A program made the translations under genes and the position numbers. The notes beneath the pieces were generated by a model. It saw only the letters and a list, made by a program, of their open reading frames with translations. It made no database searches and had not been told where the DNA came from. A stretch of 64,000 bases of DNA, from assembly GCA_905213905.1 (NCBI GenBank), contig CAJMKD010000007.1, positions 4,388 through 68,387 of the forward strand, given 5' to 3'. The DNA is from an uncultured Sutterella sp. GTDB lineage: Bacteria; Pseudomonadota; Gammaproteobacteria; Burkholderiales; Burkholderiaceae_F. Shown one piece after another: positions 39,515-49,816 of this stretch (its first letter is position 1; each line of letters begins with the position of its first letter).

Positions 39515-42500
39515 TCAATAGCGGGCGTTGATGAGGCGCTCGAAAAAGGGCTTTTCTGCCGATTGAATCGGGCGGCCGGCGGCGTCAAGGAGTCCGGCCA
39601 GAAGGCAGCGCCCCTCTGCGCAGCGAAGCGCTGCAAAGCGAGCCTTGTCCCAAAGGGGCGCTTCGCCCGAGCTGAAGAACCAGCGCGACGGAAGCTTCGC
39701 GAGACGCGTTGTTGGATCGTAAGCGAGTTCGAGGCGCGTGCCTTCCGGGGGCGCATCGCCTTCGGGCTTCACAGCAAGGAGCCGAAGCAATTCGCCGGAC
39801 GCGGTTTCTTCAACGCCGAAGCAGGCTTTGTACCGAATGTGCCGATCTTCGGGACTCGCGCCTTCGGCTTCTCGGGCTTTTCGAAGCGCTGCGGCCGAAG
39901 GCGCTTCACGAAGCGCGTCGTAGCCGAGCGCCATGAAGTCCCCCATCAGCAGGTCGCGCGGATCGACTGGCGCGAGCGCGGCCGTGAAGGCTTCGCCCGT
40001 CTGGAGAATCCGTTCATCGCGAAGAATGCCGAGCGCAACGAAAGCGGCCGTGAGAAGCAGGAGCGCCGAGCGGGCGGGGCGATCAAATCTGCGAAGGCCC
40101 TGCGGCTTGGCAAGCAGGCTTTGTTCGCAGCAGCCCTCATGCAAGGCATGGGCCGAGGAAGCGCCTTGCCGCTTCGCTTCGAGCCCCGAGAGCAAAAAGA
40201 GTGCGCCGAAGAGGGCGGCGAAGAAGAACTGGTCGAGGGCGGCAGAGAGAAGCAGATTCGCGCCGTCCTCGGCGGGAAGAAGCCAGTAGGCCGCGTGCGC
40301 CGAAGACCAGAAGAGGATAAGAAAGAGCCAGGGACTGAGCGAGCGCCGGCCGGCTTCGTCCCCGCGGATCGGCGTCATGCCCGCGAGCGCAAGGAGGAGC
40401 GGCGCGGCGTCCGGACCGAAGCGCGCCATGACGGCAGCGCCGAGCGCGAGAAAGCCGAAGGAAAAGAGCTGGCCGAAGCCCGCGCGAAGGAGCGCGGCAA
40501 AGCCCCCCAAAGCAGCAAGCAGAGCGCCGGCGCAGAGAAGAAGGCCTTCGACGGAAGCCCAATCAGGAAGCATTTGGCCTTCAATCCAGGGCAAAACGCC
40601 CGAACCGAACCAGCTCATCCAGATAAAGGCAGGCAGACACTTTGCGGCTGCATTGGCAAGGCGCGGCTTGCGGTCAGCATAGGGCGTGCGCAGGAGCACA
40701 ACGAGAAGGCCCGCGGCTGCCGCAGCAGCGCCGGTCAGCCAAGGTGAGCAAGCGGCGGACGCAGCAGCCGGCAGCGCCATGGCAGCCCAAAGGGCAAAAG
40801 ACGAGCGGAAGACAAGGGACGCAGCAAGCGGGAGAATCGACGAGAGGATCGTTGCCGACCAGCTGCTGCCGCCAGTTGCTTCAATGAAGACCATGGCGAT
40901 GCCCGCAGCAGCGAGAAGCGCTGCGGCAAGCATCGCCGGCGTCCGGCGTTTCGTCTGGCGGCTGCGGCTGAAGAAAGCCGCAGCAGAGAGCGCTGCCACA
41001 GCAAGCACGAGTCCTGTCTCGAATGTCGGAAGCTCGAAGATGCTCTGCGCGAGAAGCAGAAGGAGCAGCACCGCCAAAGCAGCGAGGAGGGCGCTTGCAG
41101 CCCTGGGGACAAAGGAAAGCCGCAAGCGCAACGCCGGCATCGGGAAGGCCGGATCGCCCTCCTTGGATTCGGGACGCTCGGCCGCTGCTGCGCTTTGGTT
41201 CTTACGATGGCTGAAATCTGCGCTCCGCCCGATTCGCCAGAGCGCAATGAGCGCAGCAAAGGCAATGAGGATGCCCGGAACGTAGGCGAGCGGATTGGAA
41301 GTCATCCGGCCGGCCGTATGGAACCAAACGCCTTCAAGGAGCGCGGCCGCGCCGAAGACGATGAGCGAAAGGAGTTCTGGGCGCTTGGAGAGGGCGAAGC
41401 CCGCAGCGGCGATGCCGAAAGCGATCATGTAGGCCGGCACAAGCGAGAGCGCAGGCGTGTTCCCAGCGGAAGCGAGGAGCATGAACGTCGCAGCGCCCGC
41501 CGATAGCAGCGTGGCGGCGCAGGCGGGGAGCACCGCGGCCGCCCTGCAGGCGCCGCCGCACGCCCGGGCCGCGAGCGAAAGTGCGACAGCTGCCGCGCAG
41601 GCAAAGAGCATGCCGGGCGCAAGCCTTGCGAGCCGCGCTTCACCGGCAAGGATCTCATCGCCCATGAAAAGCAGCGCGAGCAGCGCAGCCGCAAACCAAA
41701 GCGTGAAGAACATCGGACGCCGGACGAAGAAGAGCCAGGGCGTGAGAAGCAGGCTCCAGATGCCGAGGAGCGAGGCCGCGCCTGCGCCGCTCTGATAGGT
41801 TTGTCCGATGACGGCAAGGAGCAGGCAGAGCATCAGTCCGAAGGCCGTTCCGGCAGCGTCTTCGCGCAAGGGCGTCCTCATGCGTGCGGGCAGCAGAAGA
41901 GCGAGGCCTGGCGCGAGCGCAAAGAGCGAGAAGAAGCCGATCCGCAGGGCTGGCGCCCAGCCGGCCCAGTTGGCGGCGGCAAAAAGAAGCGCTGCTGCAG
42001 CGAAAGCTGCGCCGCCAAAGAGCGCGATGCGCCCGAGAAAGCGCCGCCGGGACGCGGCGCCTGCGTCCTCAGTCGAATTGTCGGCAAAGGGCGCCGCGGC
42101 TGCGCAAGGATGAGGCTCGGAAGCAAGGCGTTCTGCGGTTTCTTCAATAGGCGCGCAGGCGCTCTTATTGTCAGTTGATTTAAAGTTAGTGAGCGCTTCC
42201 TTCTCCATGCATGGCAAAGCGCTTTGCCGAGCGTCGCCCGCCTGTTGTTCGGAGGCTGCTGCATTGGCAGAAGGCTCAGCGTTCTCATGCTGAGCTGTGA
42301 CGGCTTTTGCTTGGGGAACTTCAGGCCCAGGAGCAGCGTCCGGGGCCGGCAAAGCTGCGGCCGGCGCAATCGAAGGGGCGGCTGCGGCAGGGCCGCCGCA
42401 AGAGAGCGGGGCGCTCGCGGTTGCGGCGCTCGTCGGCAAGAGAGCGCAGGCATCCGCTCTCGGCGGCATCTCTTCTGCAGCTGCGTCGCCGGCGTGGTCG

Positions 42501-43237
42501 TCTGAAGCGTTGGATTTGAACGTCAGGCGCTCGTGGCCTAAGCGAGCTTTCGCGCAGTCGCCGGAAAGGTCGCTCGTCTCGGCCTCTCCCGTATGGCAGG
42601 CTGCATGGGCGCCTTCGGATGCCGGTTCTGTCTTTGAATTGAGCGGTGATGAGCACGGCGCGGCGGGCAGGGCATCTCGCTCGAACGCCGGCGCACCAGA
42701 GTCGATCGATGCTGGCGCAGCCGCTTCGGAATCGCTGTCGGGCGTGCTTCTATCCGTGCTTTCCGGTGCGCTCTCTGCGCGATTTTCCGATGAATGGACG
42801 AGCGCGCATTCGTCGACGCGTTGCGTGGCGCTGCTCGAAGCAGCCTCAGCCTCAGCCATGGGCATCGTCGCCGCGGCGGCCTCGCGGGGCGCCGGCGCCT
42901 TTGGCTGGCTTTCAGCGGTCTTCGCTGAGTGAGCGCTTCCATTCGTCTCTTTGGCCGCTCCTGCGGTCTCCGAGGAGGCCGATTCAAGGCGCGGCTGCGC
43001 CGCAGTTGCCGAAGCGCTGTGTCCGGCCGCGGCGCTCGGAATCACCGCCGGCGCCTCAATGCTTTTTGCGAGCGTCTTTTCGCCGGCGCGCTGCGCTGCT
43101 TTTTCGGCAGCGGCAGGCTCAAGGACGCCCGCTTCAGGCAAAGCCGCCGTGCGATTGAGCGGGCGGCGCTGCGTGCGGCGGGCATTGCGTTTCTCTGAAC
43201 GTTTTCCGGAACGTTTACCGGCGCGTACTTTCGTCAT
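39515..43237 (-). CDS. Large (1240 aa) membrane protein: about 400-aa Ala/Pro/Ser/Glu-rich low-complexity N-terminus, polytopic membrane core, C-terminal GDYXXLXY-type domain
   Basis: Single uninterrupted ORF; more than 15 predicted TM helices in the middle; C-terminal soluble domain with GDFMALGY motif resembling the GDYXXLXY family that normally occurs as a separate gene alongside DUF2157/DUF4401 membrane proteins. The opposite-strand ORF (39563..40747) is R/E/K-rich noise. Exact start uncertain. Confidence 0.6.
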   Translation of the reverse strand: MTKVRAGKRSGKRSEKRNARRTQRRPLNRTAALPEAGVLEPAAAEKAAQRAGEKTLAKSIEAPAVIPSAAAGHSASATAAQPRLESASSETAGAAKETNGSAHSAKTAESQPKAPAPREAAAATMPMAEAEAASSSATQRVDECALVHSSENRAESAPESTDRSTPDSDSEAAAPASIDSGAPAFERDALPAAPCSSPLNSKTEPASEGAHAACHTGEAETSDLSGDCAKARLGHERLTFKSNASDDHAGDAAAEEMPPRADACALLPTSAATASAPLSCGGPAAAAPSIAPAAALPAPDAAPGPEVPQAKAVTAQHENAEPSANAAASEQQAGDARQSALPCMEKEALTNFKSTDNKSACAPIEETAERLASEPHPCAAAAPFADNSTEDAGAASRRRFLGRIALFGGAAFAAAALLFAAANWAGWAPALRIGFFSLFALAPGLALLLPARMRTPLREDAAGTAFGLMLCLLLAVIGQTYQSGAGAASLLGIWSLLLTPWLFFVRRPMFFTLWFAAALLALLFMGDEILAGEARLARLAPGMLFACAAAVALSLAARACGGACRAAAVLPACAATLLSAGAATFMLLASAGNTPALSLVPAYMIAFGIAAAGFALSKRPELLSLIVFGAAALLEGVWFHTAGRMTSNPLAYVPGILIAFAALIALWRIGRSADFSHRKNQSAAAAERPESKEGDPAFPMPALRLRLSFVPRAASALLAALAVLLLLLLAQSIFELPTFETGLVLAVAALSAAAFFSRSRQTKRRTPAMLAAALLAAAGIAMVFIEATGGSSWSATILSSILPLAASLVFRSSFALWAAMALPAAASAACSPWLTGAAAAAAGLLVVLLRTPYADRKPRLANAAAKCLPAFIWMSWFGSGVLPWIEGQMLPDWASVEGLLLCAGALLAALGGFAALLRAGFGQLFSFGFLALGAAVMARFGPDAAPLLLALAGMTPIRGDEAGRRSLSPWLFLILFWSSAHAAYWLLPAEDGANLLLSAALDQFFFAALFGALFLLSGLEAKRQGASSAHALHEGCCEQSLLAKPQGLRRFDRPARSALLLLTAAFVALGILRDERILQTGEAFTAALAPVDPRDLLMGDFMALGYDALREAPSAAALRKAREAEGASPEDRHIRYKACFGVEETASGELLRLLAVKPEGDAPPEGTRLELAYDPTTRLAKLPSRWFFSSGEAPLWDKARFAALRCAEGRCLLAGLLDAAGRPIQSAEKPFFERLINARY

Positions 43238-43356
43238 GCGTAGGCTGATGTGCTGTTGAAATGCGGCGCAGGAACGATGGATGCCGATACCATGCGCATT
43301 GAGGCACTATAGCGCCTTGCTGCGGTGGGCTTCGGTGAAAACGATTGCTTCAGTTC

Positions 43357-43992
43357 TCAGCGCTCGGCCGAAGGCAGGCCGTTCAGCCGTCTTGCCGCGC
43401 GCATCAGGCGCTTTGCCGCCGGCCGCCGAAGGTAGCTCGGGTCGAGCCCGTCAGGCCCGAAGCGGTACCGGTCAAGCGCGTCGGCATCTTTGAAGATCTG
43501 CGTGAGAAGCCGCATTTTCGGCTCGACCGCAATGCCGCAGCCAAGCATGTCGGGGAGGTCGTGGAAGGCGAGCGCATGACGAACGAGAGGGTCGGGCGAA
43601 AGCCCTTGCGCTTCGGCCCAGGCAGCATAGTGAAGGCTAGCGCGCATGCCGTGTCCGGTGTCGAGGTCGTCGTCCTCTCGGCGAGAATCATGGAATACCG
43701 CTGCGAGCGAGAGCCGCGTCAGATCGGCCTTCTCAAGTGATTCGAGGCCGCCGATCAAAAGCGCAAAAATCAGCACGCGCAGCGCATGCGGCTTTTCGTG
43801 AACGCTGCCGCCGAAGTCGTTGAAGTCGATTTCCGAGAGGAGCGCCGCATGCGTGTCTAGAAGCGGCAGGAGCACCGCATTCAGCGCTTCAATCGCATTC
43901 CGATCTTCGGAGTCGAGCGCATCAAGCGCCTCGCGCCAAAGCGCATCTGCGCTTTGGATGGCGTCATTCGCTGTTTTTGGAAAGGCCTTCAT
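43357..43992 (-). CDS. HD-domain phosphohydrolase
   Basis: 211 aa; HD motif (AAVFHDSRR...DADALDR); 120 nt upstream of the large membrane protein, same strand. Confidence 0.7.
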   Translation of the reverse strand: MKAFPKTANDAIQSADALWREALDALDSEDRNAIEALNAVLLPLLDTHAALLSEIDFNDFGGSVHEKPHALRVLIFALLIGGLESLEKADLTRLSLAAVFHDSRREDDDLDTGHGMRASLHYAAWAEAQGLSPDPLVRHALAFHDLPDMLGCGIAVEPKMRLLTQIFKDADALDRYRFGPDGLDPSYLRRPAAKRLMRAARRLNGLPSAER

Positions 43993-44038
43993 TTCTTCTT
44001 ATGGATGCGCAGTGAGGCATCGATGAAAGCAGGTCCGG

Positions 44039-44686
44039 TCAAGCGTCGGCAGCTTCAGCGGCATGCGCACGCGCTTCCGCGCGCTCCCGGCGAATGGCGC
44101 GGCTTTCATCGAAATAAGGGCCGGCAGCGCGCATGTAGACGTACATCGAGTAAATCGTGAGCAGCGCCGCAATCCAGATGAGAATCGTTCCGATGAAGCC
44201 AACGTTGATGCCGAAGACCGGCTGATACCAGAGCAGGCAGGGAATGGCGACCATCTGCGCGATCGTCTTCGATTTGCCGAACCAGTTGACTTTGACGAGG
44301 CCGGATTCGCCGATCTTCGCCATCCATTCGCGCAGGCCCGTCACGGCAATTTCGCGGCCGATGATGATCATGGCGACGGCCATGTCGCAGCGGTCGAGCT
44401 CAACGAGCGAGACGAGCGCGGCGGCAACGAGGAGCTTGTCTGCGATCGGATCAAGAAAGGCGCCCATGCGCGTGGCCCACCCTTCATAGCGTCTGGCGAG
44501 AAAGCCGTCGAGCGCGTCGGTAACAGCGGCAATCACGAAGATGACGCAGGCAATGATGTTCTGCCACATGATCGGCATCACCGAATGAGGCAGATAGAAG
44601 ACGCCCATCACAAGAGGGATCATCGCAATGCGGGCCCAGGTAAGGACCATCGGGACGTTGAGCTTGAAGGGCGGCTTGAGCTTCAT
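44039..44686 (-). CDS. pgsA: CDP-diacylglycerol--glycerol-3-phosphate 3-phosphatidyltransferase
   Basis: 215 aa; CDP-alcohol phosphotransferase motif DALDGFLARR...GAFLDPIADK; ATGA overlap with the uvrC stop, the same uvrC-pgsA order as in E. coli. Confidence 0.88.
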   Translation of the reverse strand: MKLKPPFKLNVPMVLTWARIAMIPLVMGVFYLPHSVMPIMWQNIIACVIFVIAAVTDALDGFLARRYEGWATRMGAFLDPIADKLLVAAALVSLVELDRCDMAVAMIIIGREIAVTGLREWMAKIGESGLVKVNWFGKSKTIAQMVAIPCLLWYQPVFGINVGFIGTILIWIAALLTIYSMYVYMRAAGPYFDESRAIRRERAEARAHAAEAADA

Positions 44687-46764
44687 GATTCGGAATTGTT
44701 TCGACGTGCTGTGTTGGCGGCGGGAGCAACGGGCGCCGGGCGGTTGTGGAGCTGCGCGTAGATGCGCTCGGCCAAGGCCTTGGAAATGCCCGGCACCTTG
44801 GCGATGTCTTCGGCGGATGCGTTTGAGAGCTGGCGCATGCCGCCGAAATGCGTCAGTAGTTTAGCGCGCCTCTTGGGCCCGATGCCTTCAAAGTCTTCAA
44901 GCTTCGAGGCATTGCGGGTCTTTGCGCGCTTGGCGCGCATGCCGGTGATGGCAAAGCGGTGCGCCTCGTCGCGGATCTCTGCGACGAGCATGAGCGCGCG
45001 AGACATGGTGCCGAGAACGAGCGGCTCGCGCCGCTCATCATCAATTTTGGGAAAAATCAGGGTTTCGAGTCCGGTCTTGCGGCCTTCGCCCTTGGCGACG
45101 CCCACAATGGGGCTCGGGTCAAGCCCGAGCTCGTCGAAGACCTGCCGCGCCATTTCAACCTGGCCGCGGCCGCCGTCGACGAGAACGACGGAAGGCAGCT
45201 TCGCTTCGCCGCGCGTCACCGGCGTGTAGCGGCGCTCGAGCACCTGCTTCATGGCGGCGTAGTCGTCGCCGGGTTCGATCCCGGTGATGTTGAAGCGCCG
45301 ATAAAGCGAGGACTGCATGCGCCCTTCGGCAAAGACGACGCACGAAGCCTGCGTCGCTTCGCCAGCTGTATGCGAAATGTCGAAGCACTCGACCGTAAAC
45401 TTCATCGGGTCCCCGTCTTCGGGCTCAAAGCCGAGAATGTCGATCAGCTCCTTGAGGCGCGCAAACTGCGTGCCTTCCTCCTGAAGGCGGCGCTCAAGCG
45501 CGATGCGCGCATTGGCTTCGCACATTTCGAGCCAGCGGGCGCGCACGTCGCGCGGCTCCGTCACGACCGGCACGCGCCGGCCGGCAATTTCGGTGAGCAT
45601 TTCAGAGAGCCGTTCGGCCGCGTCGGGCGTTTCGGGATCCTTTTCCATGATCACGACGCTCGGAATCGGGAGCTCCGCATAGTGCTGCGAAGCGAAGGCT
45701 TCGAGAATTTCGCCCTTGGTCGGCATGAGCGCCTCGGTTTTGGCGCCCAGACGCGGGAAAAGCGGCCGGTCGCCGAGATGGCGGCCGCCTCGGACCATGG
45801 CAATGTTGACGCAGGCGATGCCGCCCGAAATGACCGCAGCGACGATGTCTGCGTCGACGTCGCCGCCCGTCGTCTCAACGGCCTGCCGGTGCTGCAGCGA
45901 GGTGAGCGCAGCGATGCGGTCGCGAAGCCGCGCTGCGTCCTCGTAGCGCCACTCATCCGAGGCGCGCCACATGGCTTTTTCGAGGTCGTCGAGCACGCCG
46001 CGCGCGCGCCCGCTCAAAAAATCAGCCGCGCGGCTGCAGTCGGCGAGGTAGTCGGCCGGCGTGATGCGCCCGCAGCAGGGGGCGCTGCAGCGGCCGATCT
46101 GCCCGAGCAGGCAGGGCCGGGTCCTGTTCTTGAAGACCGCTTCTTCGCAGGTGCGAAGCCCAAAGGCTTTCTGAAGCGTTTCGATGGCGCTGCGCGCGGC
46201 GCCGGAGTTGGGATAGGGGCCGAAGAACCGCGATCGCTTGTCGACGCCGCCTCTGTAGTAGGAAAGCCGGGGAAATGCTTCGGCGCCGATACGAATGTAG
46301 GGGTAGCTCGCGTCGTCGCGCAGCCGGATGTTGTAGCGCGGATGAAGCGTCTTGATGAGATTGTTCTCAAGCAGCAGCGCCTCGGCTTCCGAGCGCGTCA
46401 CCGTTGTTTCCAGCCGCGCGATCTGGCTCACCATGAGCGCGATGCGGGGCGAAAGGCCCGTCTTTCTGAAGTACGAGGAGACGCGCTTTTTGAGGTCGCG
46501 CGCCTTCCCTACGTAGAGGCACTCGCCCTTGCTGTCGAAATAGCGGTAGCAGCCGGGCAGATTGGGAAGCGTCTTGAGCTCAGCGCTCGGATCGAAGCAG
46601 GGCGCTTCGGCGCTCGCTTCGTCGAAGGCTTCGATGCGTGCCGGCGCGGGCGCAGCCGCTTCTGCGCCTGCGCCGCTCAAGAGATCGTTCTCGGCAGCGG
46701 CCGAGCTTGCGGCAAGCCAGGGCACGGCAGCGTCGGCTGCGCCGGTGTCAGGAGTTTCAGCCAT
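44683..46764 (-). CDS. uvrC: Excinuclease ABC subunit C
   Basis: 693 aa; GIY-YIG N-terminal domain (GCYRYFDSKGECLYVGKARDLKKRVSSYF), UvrBC-interaction, RNase-H-like and C-terminal HhH2 domains. The about 60-aa Ala-rich N-terminal extension relative to E. coli UvrC means the true start may be internal. Confidence 0.85.
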   Translation of the reverse strand: MAETPDTGAADAAVPWLAASSAAAENDLLSGAGAEAAAPAPARIEAFDEASAEAPCFDPSAELKTLPNLPGCYRYFDSKGECLYVGKARDLKKRVSSYFRKTGLSPRIALMVSQIARLETTVTRSEAEALLLENNLIKTLHPRYNIRLRDDASYPYIRIGAEAFPRLSYYRGGVDKRSRFFGPYPNSGAARSAIETLQKAFGLRTCEEAVFKNRTRPCLLGQIGRCSAPCCGRITPADYLADCSRAADFLSGRARGVLDDLEKAMWRASDEWRYEDAARLRDRIAALTSLQHRQAVETTGGDVDADIVAAVISGGIACVNIAMVRGGRHLGDRPLFPRLGAKTEALMPTKGEILEAFASQHYAELPIPSVVIMEKDPETPDAAERLSEMLTEIAGRRVPVVTEPRDVRARWLEMCEANARIALERRLQEEGTQFARLKELIDILGFEPEDGDPMKFTVECFDISHTAGEATQASCVVFAEGRMQSSLYRRFNITGIEPGDDYAAMKQVLERRYTPVTRGEAKLPSVVLVDGGRGQVEMARQVFDELGLDPSPIVGVAKGEGRKTGLETLIFPKIDDERREPLVLGTMSRALMLVAEIRDEAHRFAITGMRAKRAKTRNASKLEDFEGIGPKRRAKLLTHFGGMRQLSNASAEDIAKVPGISKALAERIYAQLHNRPAPVAPAANTARRNNSES

Positions 46765-46791
46765 GCGCGGCTATCCCAAAGCGTTCGAGCA

Positions 46792-47196
46792 TCACTTCTT
46801 GTCTTCGTCCTCAAGGAACTCATCGAGGTGCAGCGTGATGCCCTTGTATTCGCGGTAGACCTTCTGCGGATTTTCGCAGCGGAATTCCAGCCAGGCAGTG
46901 GCGGGTTTGGCTGCGTCGCCGGAGCCGTCCGCGGAGCTGCCCGAAATCGGCATCATGCCCTTGTCGTTTTCGCCGCAGAAGCCGCGTGCGCGCTCGTAGA
47001 TGTATTCGTTGAGGGCCTTCGCGCTTTTGGTGTTGGGCCAGGAGCCCGTGATGCGCCAGATGTTGCCGACGACGTTCACGACGTCAATGCGTCGGTTCAT
47101 GATGTTTTGGTGCTCTTCCTTGAGCGAGGAGCAGCCCGTCGCAAGGACGAGCAGCGCGGCGACGGCGGCGGTGAGTCGAATGCCGGAACGGATCAT
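46792..47196 (-). CDS. Hypothetical lipoprotein
   Basis: 134 aa; lipobox LLVLATGCSS; no family recognised. Confidence 0.6.
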   Translation of the reverse strand: MIRSGIRLTAAVAALLVLATGCSSLKEEHQNIMNRRIDVVNVVGNIWRITGSWPNTKSAKALNEYIYERARGFCGENDKGMMPISGSSADGSGDAAKPATAWLEFRCENPQKVYREYKGITLHLDEFLEDEDKK

Positions 47197-47617
47197 GTTG
47201 AGAAGCTGAAGTTGGGTGTTGCGCCCGGTTCAAGGGCCGGGCAAAGTATGCAAAGAAGTAGCGTCATTCTATCCGCTTCCTAGGCGGCGTCTAGGACGGC
47301 CGGAAAAACTGATTTTTCAGGCATGTCCAGCGGCCCCGCAGCGGCGCATTTCTTAAGAATTGCATAGGATTTCCAGCAGAAAAGTGCTGTTATTTTCATA
47401 AAAATCAATAAATTAAATTCTTAAGGCGGGCGCCTTGCCAATAAGGGAGCGTTAATTTAGCCTCCCTAAACTGCCGCCTACGAAAGAATAGGGGTTCTTT
47501 GCGCCCGCAGCTGCTCGGAAGAAGAACGTGCTGCTCGAGCCCGCAGAGTGCGCCCGAAGCGGAGGTCGGCGGACTGCCGGATCTTCGCGCAACAAAATTA
47601 TTAGAGAGAAGCCCCTC

Positions 47618-48328
47618 ATGACCGAACCGATCCTAGAAGTGAGCGCGCTCACCTGCGAGCGCGGCGAAAGAACGCTCTTTCAGGGGCTCTCTTTTGCCGT
47701 GGAGCCGGGTACGCTTGTTCGGATTGCGGGCTCGAACGGCGCCGGGAAGACGACGCTGCTTCGCCTTATGACAGGGCTCATGCGCCCGGTCGAGGGCGAG
47801 ATCCTCTGGCGCGGCACGCCGATTCTGAAGGCTGCGCAGGACTACTGGCGAGAACTTTGCTACATCGGGCACCGCAACGGCGTGAAGGACGATCTTTCCG
47901 TCATTGAGAACGTGCTCGTCAACGCTCGCGTCGCAAGCCTCAAGGCGACGCAGGCCGAAGCGCTCGACGCGCTCGATGCCGTCGGCCTCACGGACTTCGT
48001 GGAGTCGCCGGCCGGCCAGCTCTCGCAGGGGCAGCGCCGCCGCGTGGCGCTCGCGCGGCTCTGGCTCTCGCGCAGCGTTCCGCTTTGGATTCTCGACGAG
48101 CCCTTCACGGCGCTGGATGTTCGCGGCGTCGCCCGTCTCGCCAAGCTGATCGGCGAACACGTCGCCGAGGGCGGCATCGTGATGCTCGTGACGCACCAGG
48201 AAGTCCCCGTTGAAAAGGCGCGGCTCATGGTGATCGAGCCCGAGAACTGGTCGCCGAGGAAGCGAACCGCCGTCGAGCGCGCGCTCGACGCCGCTGCGGC
48301 GCTCGAAGCGGAAAACGCAGCGAACTGA
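47618..48328 (+). CDS. ccmA: Cytochrome c biogenesis (heme exporter) ATP-binding protein CcmA
   Basis: Start at MTEPILEVSAL (ATG 47618); Walker A GSNGAGKTT, ABC signature LSQGQRRR, Walker B LWILDEP; about 30-aa C-terminal extension relative to typical CcmA. Confidence 0.88.
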   Translation: MTEPILEVSALTCERGERTLFQGLSFAVEPGTLVRIAGSNGAGKTTLLRLMTGLMRPVEGEILWRGTPILKAAQDYWRELCYIGHRNGVKDDLSVIENVLVNARVASLKATQAEALDALDAVGLTDFVESPAGQLSQGQRRRVALARLWLSRSVPLWILDEPFTALDVRGVARLAKLIGEHVAEGGIVMLVTHQEVPVEKARLMVIEPENWSPRKRTAVERALDAAAALEAENAAN

Positions 48329-48345
48329 GTCGGAGGGGGCGCAAA

Positions 48346-49014
48346 ATGTTCAATCTTTTTCTCACGATTCTGCACCGCGACCTCACGCTTTCGCTTCGCC
48401 GCAAGTCCGATCTCGCGCAGGTCATCTTCTTCTTTGCTGTCGTTGTGACGCTCGTGCCGCTCGGCGTCGGCGCCGAAACCAACATCCTGCGCGCCATTGC
48501 GCCGGGCGTCGTCTGGGTGGCGGCCCTTCTTGCCGCGCTTCTTTCGCTGCCGCGCATGTTCGCAACCGACCATGACGACGGCACGCTCGAGCAGATGCTT
48601 GTTGCGGCCGAGCCGCTTCCCATCATTGTGATTGCCAAGGTGGCTGCGCATTGGCTCGTGACCGGCGTGCCGATGACTGTTTTCGCGACGATTTTCGGCG
48701 TCATGTTCGACCTGGAGCTCGACGTGACGATCGTGATGGTGGCGAGCCTTCTGCTCGGCACGCCCGTGCTCTCGCTCGTGGGCGCCGTGGGCGCCGCGCT
48801 GACGCTCGGGCTGCGCTCGGGCGGCGTGCTCACCTCGCTCCTCGTGCTGCCGCTCTACATTCCCGTTCTCATTTTCGGCGCGGGCGCCTCGCAGGCGGTC
48901 GCCGTGGGCCTCACCCCCGCATCGCACTTCATGATCGTGGGCGGCCTGACGCTTTTCTCACTTGCGCTCGCGCCCATGGCCGTTTCGGCGGCGCTTCGCA
49001 TCGCGGAGCAGTAA
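48346..49014 (+). CDS. ccmB: Heme exporter protein CcmB
   Basis: 222 aa, 6-TM CcmB family; position after ccmA. Confidence 0.88.
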   Translation: MFNLFLTILHRDLTLSLRRKSDLAQVIFFFAVVVTLVPLGVGAETNILRAIAPGVVWVAALLAALLSLPRMFATDHDDGTLEQMLVAAEPLPIIVIAKVAAHWLVTGVPMTVFATIFGVMFDLELDVTIVMVASLLLGTPVLSLVGAVGAALTLGLRSGGVLTSLLVLPLYIPVLIFGAGASQAVAVGLTPASHFMIVGGLTLFSLALAPMAVSAALRIAEQ

Positions 49015-49087
49015 GCTCGGTCGGACGCAGAACTGAAAACGGAACAACAAAAGCACTTTCCTCAAGCTATCAGGAGACCAAAGAACC

Positions 49088-49816
49088 ATGACTCAACCGG
49101 GAGACCTGCAGGGCTTTTACCGCAAGGCCGGGAAAATCGCGCCGATCCTCCTGATCGTCGCGCTCGTGCTCTTTGCGATCGGCTTCTACCTGGGCTTCTT
49201 CGTCTGCCCGATCGAAGCGCGTCAAGGAAATTCCTACCGCATCATCTTCATTCACATTCCCGCGGCCTGGCTTTCCATGTCGCTTTACGTGCTGATGGCG
49301 ATCTGCTCGATCGTGGGGCTCCTGCGCAACAGCCAGCTCGCCTACATTCTCGCGCAGGCCATGGCGCCGACGGGCGCCCTCATGGGGTTCGTCGCGCTCT
49401 TCTCGGGCGCCTTCTGGGGAAGGCCGACCTGGGGCACTTACTGGGTCTGGGATGCGCGACTCACGTCGATGCTGATTCTCTTTTTCCTCTACCTCGGCTT
49501 CATTGCGCTTCATTCGGCCATTGACGACAAGCGCCGCGCCGACCGCGCCGCGTCCGTCATTTCAATCGTCGGCGCCGTGAACGTGCCGATCATCTATTTC
49601 TCAGTGCGCTGGTGGAACACGCTTCATCAGGGCGCTTCGATCACGTCGCGCGGCTCTTCGATCGCCGACATCATGCTCTACACGATCTTCGTGATGCTCG
49701 CCGCCGGCACGCTCTACGGCGCCGGCGTGGTTCTCTCGCGCGCACGCACGATGATTCTCGAGCGCGAGCGCCGCAGCGCTTGGATTCAGAAAACCGCTTT
49801 GGAGGGCAAGCTGTGA
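49088..49816 (+). CDS. ccmC: Heme exporter protein CcmC
   Basis: 242 aa; WWD-domain region (WGTYWVWDARLTS). Confidence 0.88.
   Translation: MTQPGDLQGFYRKAGKIAPILLIVALVLFAIGFYLGFFVCPIEARQGNSYRIIFIHIPAAWLSMSLYVLMAICSIVGLLRNSQLAYILAQAMAPTGALMGFVALFSGAFWGRPTWGTYWVWDARLTSMLILFFLYLGFIALHSAIDDKRRADRAASVISIVGAVNVPIIYFSVRWWNTLHQGASITSRGSSIADIMLYTIFVMLAAGTLYGAGVVLSRARTMILERERRSAWIQKTALEGKL

Noticed and set aside
43237-43357. Possible separate small gene or promoter between the HD hydrolase and the large membrane protein
   Set aside because: Only 120 nt with no ORF or clear promoter hexamers; most simply an intercistronic spacer of an HD-to-membrane-protein operon.
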